This document shows positions 56,203-64,000 of a stretch of 64,000 bases of DNA, one piece after another (positions within the stretch are counted from its first letter, which is position 1; every line of letters begins with the position of its first letter). This DNA is from Spirochaetia bacterium (GTDB lineage Bacteria > Spirochaetota > Spirochaetia > SZUA-6 > Bin103), in contig CBDBDQ010000005.1 of the NCBI GenBank assembly GCA_965203905.1, forward strand, positions 5,696,001 through 5,760,000. The letters run 5' to 3'. The notes under the pieces are model-generated. The model was given only the letters and a program-made list of their open reading frames with translations, did no database searches and was not told where the DNA came from. Made by a program: the position numbers and the translations under genes.

Positions 56203-58050
56203 TCAGTCGTCGGGTGCGGTTATCGATCGCAGACCGACGAGGCGGTCATACGCGTCGGATGCGAACTGGTCGCGTACGCTCCAGCGTAGCCGTTGCTCCC
56301 CTGAGCCCTCCAAGCCGACGTCGAGTGCAGGTGGCGGGTTCAACCGTTCTCCCCTGACGAACTGGTCGCCCCCGCCCAGCACGGCACGGACCTTGGCCCA
56401 GTCCTCGTAGAAGTACTCCGCAAGAAGCGGGATGATCTTGTGGCGCATCACGTCGTCCACGTCGGCCCTCGTGCGGGTGCCCATGAACCAGGCGTGGCCA
56501 ATCAGATGATCGCGATCCAGGAGCCACTCCAGCCGCTCGTTCATGGTGCGGAGCACGTCCGGCAGGGGGACGCCCGTCGCATCGGCCGCCTCCTCCAGCA
56601 AGTCGGGATCGGGTGGCAGCTCCACGAACCGGAAGCGGCGCCGCAGCGCCGTGTCGAGCAGCGCGATAGAACGGTCGGCGGTGTTCATGGTGCCGAGCAG
56701 GTGGAGATTCGCCGGGAGCGTGAATGGTTTGCCCGAGTGAGGCAGCGTCACCGCAACCTCGTTCTCCGCACTTTGCCGTTTGTCTTCCTCGATCAGCGTG
56801 ATCAGCTCACCCATTACCTTGGAGACGTTAGCGCGGTTGATCTCATCGATCACCAGCACGTAAGGTTCGGCGGCGCTCGCCGCGCGTGCGCGATCCGCGA
56901 TTCGTTTGAGCACGCCGTCGGTCGGCTTGAGACGAATCCCGGCATGGGGGCCGGTTTCCGGACGCAGCCCTTCGACGAACTCCTCGTAGCCGTAGGACTG
57001 ATGGAAGGTGACGAACTCTATTCGCCGCGCGTCCACCAGCTCCGGATAGCGATCGCGGATCTGACGGTCGGTACGCTGCTCCGGACCATCACATATCTCG
57101 ACGCACCAGCGGGCGGTCTGATACGTCTTGCCGGTCCCCGGCGGCCCGTACAGGATGACATTCAAAGCTTGGTGCACGCCCGGAGCAGGCAGCGGCTCCT
57201 CAGGCGATTTCCCGGGGTCCCACCGGTTTCTGAGTGGGGACTGGTAGAAGTCCAGGTGCTCGCTCTCCTCTTCCTGCTCGAGCCGTTTGCGTATCTCGTA
57301 GACCACTTGGTCTTCCTGGCCTTCGGACAGTTTGATCGCCGCCTCGTCAGCATGTGACTTCCTAGCTCCGAACCACTCGATGATGCGGCGCTTGTGAGTC
57401 GAAGCACCAGCTCGCTCTACGTAGTCCGGAAAAAGCAGGTAGAGCAAGGCGTTGCGCATTGGCAGCGTCTCCGCAGGAGCCTTGCTGTCGAGCCAGGCGA
57501 TGAACTCCCACGGCGGTCGCAGCTTCACCCGCGGCTGTTCCCGCTTCCACAGGAGGACCACCTGCAACAGATAGCGCAAAGGATGATCGATCTTCCAGTG
57601 ACGAACGTTGACGCCGTTGACACCGAGTAAGGTCTGGTCAGACACATGCGGACTAGCGGGTGGGTCAGAACCTGCAAGCTCCCAGATCTCGTTAAAACGG
57701 TCACGTTTCCAGCTTGGTCGCTCCTCATAAAGCGTCGGAAACAGAGACACGAACCAGACCGCCTCCGCTGCCAGACGGATCATCTCAGGCCGTTCCTCTT
57801 GCACACTTGCTATCAGTCGCGCCTTGAACAGCGCCCATCCGACGATGCCGGATTCCCTTGCCTCCTTCCAATCTATGGGCGGCTCCACACATGTGTGTAC
57901 GAGTTCCTCAATGTTCTGCGGAGACCATAGGGGCTCTTCCGTGAACAACGATCCGTTCGCCATGAAACAGCGTTCTCTCCAGGCGTCTGCTGCTGCAAGA
58001 ACGTCGCGGATATAGTCGAACTCCGGCTCGGGGCCGATCCAACGTGCCAC
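56203..58050 (-). CDS. mcrB: McrB family AAA+ GTPase
   Basis: GPPGTGKT, FVTFHQSYGYEEFVEG, IDEINRAN, GTMNTADRS, PLLAEYFYEDW. Confidence 0.93.
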   Translation of the reverse strand: MARWIGPEPEFDYIRDVLAAADAWRERCFMANGSLFTEEPLWSPQNIEELVHTCVEPPIDWKEARESGIVGWALFKARLIASVQEERPEMIRLAAEAVWFVSLFPTLYEERPSWKRDRFNEIWELAGSDPPASPHVSDQTLLGVNGVNVRHWKIDHPLRYLLQVVLLWKREQPRVKLRPPWEFIAWLDSKAPAETLPMRNALLYLLFPDYVERAGASTHKRRIIEWFGARKSHADEAAIKLSEGQEDQVVYEIRKRLEQEEESEHLDFYQSPLRNRWDPGKSPEEPLPAPGVHQALNVILYGPPGTGKTYQTARWCVEICDGPEQRTDRQIRDRYPELVDARRIEFVTFHQSYGYEEFVEGLRPETGPHAGIRLKPTDGVLKRIADRARAASAAEPYVLVIDEINRANVSKVMGELITLIEEDKRQSAENEVAVTLPHSGKPFTLPANLHLLGTMNTADRSIALLDTALRRRFRFVELPPDPDLLEEAADATGVPLPDVLRTMNERLEWLLDRDHLIGHAWFMGTRTRADVDDVMRHKIIPLLAEYFYEDWAKVRAVLGGGDQFVRGERLNPPPALDVGLEGSGEQRLRWSVRDQFASDAYDRLVGLRSITAPDD

Positions 58051-58213
58051 CGCTCATCCTCCTTTCTCTGGCCGCGAAGTCACACCACGACGCCTCGGGC
58101 GGCCCAGTCAGCAGCCGACGTCGCATGCGAAACATGTTTGCCTTCCCGTGCTTGGTCAAGACCACTGCTCGGAACTTCGGGCTGACACGCGAGTAGGGGC
58201 GGTGGCTCACACG

Positions 58214-59242
58214 CTACGAGAAGCACAAACGGCGAAGGGTGATCGCATGGGCGAGCAACTGCCCTTGACTCCCATGTCGGCCGGTCCGAACGGGCGGGTC
58301 GAGCCGAGCTCGGAGATCGGTGTGGGCGATGAGCTGCAGGTCGCGCCGCTGCGCGCAGCGCACTAGTTGGTGCACCGTCGCGCGGTCGGGGGCTGCAGCC
58401 AGCAGCGCCGCCAGGCGTTCGGCCTGAGCGGCCAGCAGGCCGCCGAAGTCGGTCAAGGTGTCGCGGCAGCGCTGCGTGGCGCGCGCGCCGACCGCACTGC
58501 CCGGCTCGGGAACGGCGGTGATCAACAGGTCGCGCACCCTCGCCGGCACCTCGCGCAGGATGGCCACGGGCCAGCGCTCCGGGTGCGCCGCCGCCAGCCG
58601 GTCCAGCCGCAGCAGCTCGTGTGCGAAACTGCTCCAGGCGTTGAGCTGAGCGCGCGCCGGGGCCGCCGCGGCGCTGACCCCGAGCACGCTGCCGGCTGCG
58701 GTGAACAGAGCGCGCGACTCGCGCAGCTGCGCCAGTTCCACGGCGGCGCTCGCCACCACCTCCGACTCCTGCAGGTGAAGGATGAACGCGGCGCTTGCGC
58801 CCGGTCGCAGCAGGCGCCGCACCTCGTCCAGCACCCGCGGCGGATCGCCGTACTCCAGCGCGAACTGCGCCGCCACCAGATCGAAGTGGCCGGCCGCAAA
58901 CGGAGTGGCGGTCATCGCCGTACCGGGGTGAAAGGTCACTGCCGCGGCCAGCTCGCGGTAACGGCCGGTCAGACTGCGCTGCGGGTCGATCGCGGCCGAA
59001 TCGACGCCGTGGATTTCCCAGTGAGCGCCGCGCTCCGTGCCGATGGCGGCTGCCAGCAGCGCCACCGCGCCGTTGCCGCAGCCGAGGTCGAGGACTCGCG
59101 CGCCGTGGCCGAGCGGTGCCAGCCGGCCGCGCCAGAATTCGGCCAACGGCCCCCGCTGCGGGTCGCCGAACACCTGCGGCAGCGACGACACCTCGCCGCC
59201 GGCCCAGTATCGGGTCCATGCATCCACCGCCTGCCGGCTCAT
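58214..59242 (-). CDS. Class I SAM-dependent methyltransferase
   Basis: W..YW, VLDLGCGNG, FDLVAAQFALEY. Confidence 0.85.
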   Translation of the reverse strand: MSRQAVDAWTRYWAGGEVSSLPQVFGDPQRGPLAEFWRGRLAPLGHGARVLDLGCGNGAVALLAAAIGTERGAHWEIHGVDSAAIDPQRSLTGRYRELAAAVTFHPGTAMTATPFAAGHFDLVAAQFALEYGDPPRVLDEVRRLLRPGASAAFILHLQESEVVASAAVELAQLRESRALFTAAGSVLGVSAAAAPARAQLNAWSSFAHELLRLDRLAAAHPERWPVAILREVPARVRDLLITAVPEPGSAVGARATQRCRDTLTDFGGLLAAQAERLAALLAAAPDRATVHQLVRCAQRRDLQLIAHTDLRARLDPPVRTGRHGSQGQLLAHAITLRRLCFS

Positions 59243-59366
59243 GGTCGGCCACCGTAGAAGCTTGCGTTGTGACCGGCAACCTCCTACCCTGCCGCAGTCC
59301 GGCGTGAGAGCGCCGCCACCGCCACCTGACCCGACCTGATTGACAGCGCATGGCCGAGGCCGCACG

Positions 59367-60317
59367 ATGGCCGCGATGCAGCGCGCGCTGGCCGCCCCCG
59401 CGTCGGTCCGCCGTACCCCGTTGCTGGTACGGATGGCCCGCTCCTACCAACTCTACCTGCTGCTGCTGCCCACGGTCGCGTTGGTCTTCCTGTTCCAGTA
59501 CGTCCCCATGTACGGGGTCACCATCGCCTTCAAGAACTTCAAGCCGCACCTGGGCATCATCGGCAGCGACTGGGTGGGCCTGCGCCACTTCATCCGCTTC
59601 TTCGAGTCGGCGAGCTTCTGGCGCCTGATCCGCAACACCATCTTCCTGAGCGGCTACGAGCTGCTGGTCGGCTTTCCGATCCCGATCCTCCTGGCGTTGA
59701 TGATGAACATGGTGACCGGGGCGCGCTTCAAGCGCACCGTGCAGATGGTCACCTACGCCCCGCACTTCATCTCCACCGTGGTGATCGTGGGCATGCTCGG
59801 CGTGTTCCTGTCGAAGAACTTCGGCCTGACCAACCACCTCATCGACGCGCTCGGCGGACAGCGCGTGTTCTTCCTCGGCAAGGAGCAGTGGTTCCGCTCG
59901 CTGTACGTGTTCTCCGGGGTGTGGCAGAACGCCGGCTGGGGCACCATCATCTACCTCGCCGCGCTCAGCGCCATCGACCCCGAACTGCACGAGGCGGCGA
60001 TCGTGGACGGCGCCACCCTGTGGCAGCGGGTTTGGAACATCGACATCCCCGGCATCCTGCCGACCATCGTCATCCTGCTGATTCTCAACGTCGGCCAGAT
60101 CATGGGCGTGGGCTTCGAGAAGGCGTTCCTGATGCAGAACGCGCTCAACCTGCAGGTGTCGGAGATCATCTCCACCTTCGTCTACAAGGTGGGGCTGCTC
60201 GACGCCCGCTTCAGCTTCTCGGCGGCGGTGGGGCTGTTCAACGCGGTGATCAACTTCGTGCTGCTGGTGTCGGTCAACCGCTTCGCCAAGGCGCTCGGCC
60301 AGTCGGGGCTGTGGTAG
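59367..60317 (+). CDS. Carbohydrate ABC permease (LplB-like)
   Basis: PMYGVTIAFK, ELHEAAIVDGA; paralog of 9572..10537. Confidence 0.93.
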   Translation: MAAMQRALAAPASVRRTPLLVRMARSYQLYLLLLPTVALVFLFQYVPMYGVTIAFKNFKPHLGIIGSDWVGLRHFIRFFESASFWRLIRNTIFLSGYELLVGFPIPILLALMMNMVTGARFKRTVQMVTYAPHFISTVVIVGMLGVFLSKNFGLTNHLIDALGGQRVFFLGKEQWFRSLYVFSGVWQNAGWGTIIYLAALSAIDPELHEAAIVDGATLWQRVWNIDIPGILPTIVILLILNVGQIMGVGFEKAFLMQNALNLQVSEIISTFVYKVGLLDARFSFSAAVGLFNAVINFVLLVSVNRFAKALGQSGLW

Positions 60318-60335
60318 CGCAATGGTGGTAGCGTA

Positions 60336-61246
60336 ATGGCCGTAATCGCCCTGACGCGGCAGGACCGCGTGCTCAACGCGGTGCTCTACGTGCTGCTGTC
60401 GCTGATCCTGCTGGCGGTGGCCTATCCCCTGTTCTTCGTGCTGATCGCCTCGGTCAGCGACCCGGTGCTGGTCAACACCGGCAAGGTGTGGATCGTCCCG
60501 CGCGGGGTGACGCTGGACGGCTACGCCAAGATCGTGCAGCACCAGGACCTGTTGCGCGGCTATCGCAACAGCCTGGCCTACGCCACGCTGGGGACCCTGC
60601 TCAACCTCGGGCTGACCCTCACCGCCGCCTACGCGCTGTCGCGCCGCGACCTGCCCGGTCGCAATGCGATCATGCTCTACCTCACCTTCACCATGTTTTT
60701 CTCAGGGGCCTGATCCCCACGTTCCTGCTGATTCGCGACCTCGGGCTCTACAATTCGTTCTGGATCATGATCCTGCCGGCGGGGGGCAGCGCCCTGCACC
60801 TGGCGGTGTCGGTGTTCAACATCATCATCGCCCGCACCTTCTTCATGAACACCATTCCGCAGGAGCTGCTCGACGCGGCGGTGATGGACGGCTGCAGCGA
60901 CCTGCGCTTCTTCCGCTCGGTGGTGCTGCCGCTGTCGGGGGCGATCGTCGCGGTGCTGATGGTGTTCTACGCCGTGGGCCACTGGAACGGTTTCTTCCAC
61001 GGCCTGATCTACCTGCGCGAGCGGGAGCGGTTCCCGCTGCAGCTCATCCTGCGCGACATCCTGATCCAGAACACCTTCACCGAGGAGCTGGAGATCGACG
61101 ACGAGAACGCGCTCGCCGCCATGATGCTGGCCGAATCGATCAAGTACGGCATGATCATCGTCGCCAGCGTGCCGGTGCTGCTGCTGTACCCGTTCGTGCA
61201 GAAACACTACGTGCGCGGCGTGATGATCGGGGCGATCAAGGGCTGA
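60336..61246 (+). CDS. Carbohydrate ABC permease (LplC-like), frameshifted at a G4 run (60705-60708)
   Basis: Adding one G restores MFFSGGLIP; the two halves match the ORFs 60336..60713 and 60488..61246. Confidence 0.88.
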
Positions 61247-61249
61247 CTG

Positions 61250-62089
61250 TTGCGTCGATTGCTGAGGTCCAACGTGAACACTCGCGGTGTTCCTCTGGCG
61301 ACGGCCTTGGTTCTGGTGGCGGGTGCGCTGTTCGCGACATGCTCGTTGCCGAACTTGTCGCCAACTTCAGCACCGGGTTCGTCGCCTCGCGAGGGGACCG
61401 CAAGCGATGAGGATCGCCTGGTGGCAGTTGGCTTTCAGAGCGCCGGCTACCCGATAGTGTCGCAGACTGTAACAGTGCGTGCCCTGATCCAGCGGCCCGG
61501 CCACGTACCTACGGCGTTCGACGAGCAGACCCTGGTCGCCGACATGCAGGAACGGGCCAACATCAACCGTTTCACGCTGTTCACCAGGTTCGAGCTGCCT
61601 GAGGTGATGGTTCGCTTCATCGACGCCTGAGCGGACGACGACTTCAGCATCCAGGCATCGTACGGCGGACCGACGCTCGAGCGGGGCGGCGACGGCACCA
61701 GCACGGTGGTGGGACGCGGCACCGACTGGTACAACCATGGACCGCACAACCAGTTTCCCTCGTACATCTCCAAGCGGGCGTCGGACAAGTTACGCTGGAC
61801 CGGTGAATTGGGCAGCCGCGACCGCTACATCCGCGAGATCTACGAGCCCTGGATCTGGCCGCAGGAGCGCCACTACGCACACATCACCTACAGTGACGAC
61901 GAGCAGTCGGCGCTCTCCATCCTGCAGACCGGGATCGGCGACTACGTGAGGAGCACCATTGCGAGCTGGATCATGGAGGGCAGCGCCGACGCCGAGTGGG
62001 ACGGTTACCTGGATCAGTTGGACCACCTGGGCCTGCCGCAGGCGATGCAGATCTATCAGGCCGCTCACGACCGTGTCGCCGGCAACTGA
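61250..62089 (+). pseudogene. Decayed paralog of the downstream solute-binding protein
   Basis: Aligns to the N- and C-termini of 62191..63801 with a large in-frame internal deletion near 61563; TGA at 61628-61630 where the paralog has Trp. Confidence 0.85.
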
Positions 62090-62190
62090 CGGCCACTTGA
62101 TCCGCGGGGGTGGGCTCTGGCGCTCTGGCGCTGTTTGAAACCCAATCCGAACTAGCATAGGGTAAGGCTCCTGCAAGGAGGATGCTTGCA

Positions 62191-63801
62191 ATGAAACTTC
62201 ATCGATTCGCCGCTGCCGCTGTGGCATTGGCGCTGGTTCCCGCCGGGTTGCTGCTGGCCGCGGGGGAAACGGATTCGGGTACGATGGGAGAACAGGACCG
62301 GCTGGCCGCGGTCGGCTTCCAAGCCGCCGGCTATCCCATCGTCGAGACGCCGATCACCGTGGAGGCGATGATCCGCGGCGCCGCCCACGTCCACTACGAG
62401 TTCGACGAGATGACGCTGATCGTCGACCTGCAGGAGCGCTCCAACATCGACCTGGTGTTCGAGACCGTGCCCGGGGCGCAGGTCTCGGAGAAGCGCAACC
62501 TGATCTTCGCCAGCCGCGAGTACCCCGACCTGATGCTCAACATGGGCGTGTCCGACCGCAACCTGTGGGGCGCGGCGCAGGCCGGCGACGTGTGGGCGCT
62601 GGACGAGATGATCGACGCCTACGGTCCCAGCTGGAAGCAGGCGTTCGTCGAACGGCCGATCGTGAGGAAGGCGATCACCCAGCCCGACGGCAAGGTCTAC
62701 AGCCTCCCCTACTACCGTGAGATCCTCAACGACTACGGCATCCGTGACACCATGGCGATCAACGTCGACTGGCTCGGCAAGATGGGCATCGACGAGATCC
62801 CGGACACCACCGAGGAATTCTACCTGGCGCTGAAGGCGTTCCGCACCGGCATCGACAACGGCACCCTGCCGGAGAACGGCGTGCCGTGGCTGGGCCGTTT
62901 CCACGCCTGGGGCAACGGCGGCGAGTGGGAGCTGTACAACGCCTTCGGCCTGTGGATGAAGGGCCAGGGCGTCGGCGCCGAGAAGTACCTGTCGGTGAAC
63001 GACGGCGTGGTGGAGTTCGGCGCCACCGATCCCAAGCTCAGGGACGCGGTGAAGTTCCTGCACCGGCTCTACTCGGAGGGACTGATCACCGAGGAGTTCT
63101 TCACCAACCAGGGCACCGACTTCACCCCGCGCTCGCGCTCGGTGCCGCCGATCTCCGGCTACTGGGGCTCCTACTTCATCACCGCGCCGGTGGAGGAGTT
63201 CTACGATCCGTTGCCGCCGCTGATGGGTCCTACCGGAGTGCGCCGCTACCGCTCACAGCCGGTGCGGCTGCAGAAGAACGCATTCACGATCTTCAGCAAG
63301 TTCGAGTACCCCGAGGCGCTGGTGCGGTTCATCGACCCGTGGGCCGACGACACCTTCAGCATCGAGGCCTCCTACGGCGGACCGCTGATCAAGCAGGAGG
63401 CCGACGGCACCCGCACCGTGACCGGGCGCGGCGTGGACTGGTTCGAGCACGGCCCGCACAACTTCTTCCCCACCTACGTGTCGAAGCGCGCGGCCGACAA
63501 GGTCAACTGGACCGGTGAGCAGGGCTTCCGCGACCTGTACATCCGCGAGATCTACTCGCCCTACATCTGGCCGCAGGAGCGGCACTTCGCCTACATCACC
63601 TACACCGACGAGGAGCAGGAGGAGTTGGCGGTGAGCAGCACCGAGATCGCCGACTACATCAAGACCTCGATCGCCAAGTGGATGGTGGACGGGGGCGTCG
63701 ACGAGGGTTGGGACGACTACCTGAATGAGCTCGACCGGCTCGGCCTGGACCAGGTGATGGGGATCTTCCAGACCGCCTACGACCGCTTCCACGGCAACTG
63801 A
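62191..63801 (+). CDS. Carbohydrate ABC solute-binding protein
   Basis: AAGGAGG RBS, signal peptide, GYPIV, NLIFAS.EYPD, PDTTEEFY.ALKAF. Confidence 0.92.
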   Translation: MKLHRFAAAAVALALVPAGLLLAAGETDSGTMGEQDRLAAVGFQAAGYPIVETPITVEAMIRGAAHVHYEFDEMTLIVDLQERSNIDLVFETVPGAQVSEKRNLIFASREYPDLMLNMGVSDRNLWGAAQAGDVWALDEMIDAYGPSWKQAFVERPIVRKAITQPDGKVYSLPYYREILNDYGIRDTMAINVDWLGKMGIDEIPDTTEEFYLALKAFRTGIDNGTLPENGVPWLGRFHAWGNGGEWELYNAFGLWMKGQGVGAEKYLSVNDGVVEFGATDPKLRDAVKFLHRLYSEGLITEEFFTNQGTDFTPRSRSVPPISGYWGSYFITAPVEEFYDPLPPLMGPTGVRRYRSQPVRLQKNAFTIFSKFEYPEALVRFIDPWADDTFSIEASYGGPLIKQEADGTRTVTGRGVDWFEHGPHNFFPTYVSKRAADKVNWTGEQGFRDLYIREIYSPYIWPQERHFAYITYTDEEQEELAVSSTEIADYIKTSIAKWMVDGGVDEGWDDYLNELDRLGLDQVMGIFQTAYDRFHGN

Positions 63802-63817
63802 CCGCAACCCGATGCCG

Positions 63818-63862
63818 GCCGGCGCCGCGATGCAGACAGTCATCGCCGGCGCCGGTTCTTCT
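63818..63862 (+). terminator. Putative intrinsic terminator
   Basis: CCGGCGCCG-CGATG...CATCG-C-CGGCGCCGG followed by TTCTTCT. Confidence 0.55.
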
Positions 63863-64000
63863 ACATTACCGCCCTTGAAACTGCGCGCCCGCGGTCAGCG
63901 TGTGACGGTGGTGGACGCCGCCACGCGGCGCGCCGTCACTCCCGGGGGTGGGCGTCGGCCCGCGCTCTTACCGTACAGAAGATCCGTTTGTGGAGTGACC

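Noticed and set aside
61628-61630. TGA read as Trp or selenocysteine (recoding)
   Set aside because: TGA is a normal stop throughout the window, the aligned residue is Trp rather than Cys, and the gene also has a large deletion.

Overview
High-GC bacterial chromosomal window, most likely from a Spirochaetota (Spirochaetaceae-like) organism. This is inferred from the gene order rpsB-tsf-frr without pyrH, rpsF-ssb-rpsR-DUF2232-rplI-dnaB, an S2 with a long acidic tail, and 'FASGEEE'-type binding-protein leaders. The many PhyH, toxin-antitoxin and sugar ABC genes resemble sponge-symbiont genomes (inference). 1-4.3 kb: TA/defence-like islet (AbiE-type antitoxin-like gene, conserved hypothetical plus XRE regulator, deleted AlbA/Schlafen remnant, AAA-DUF4143, frameshifted hicA with hicB). 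4-23 kb: signalling genes, a sugar ABC transporter, a PIN TA pair and a catabolic cluster with three PhyH dioxygenases. This part includes a ~0.9 kb transposase-less cassette bounded by inverted repeats that carries a DinB/ClbS-like gene. 23-32 kb: an unknown 86-aa gene flanked by a tandem repeat and structured non-coding DNA, then a LolD/FtsX/LolA-like ABC operon with three permeases. 32-53 kb: housekeeping core, with a candidate attenuator or sRNA in front of PBP1A. 53-64 kb: AAA-PD-(D/E)XK gene, McrBC, a methyltransferase and a second sugar ABC cluster with a decayed binding-protein paralog. No rRNA, tRNA or CRISPR array was seen. All family calls come from motif recognition by eye; no database searches were run.
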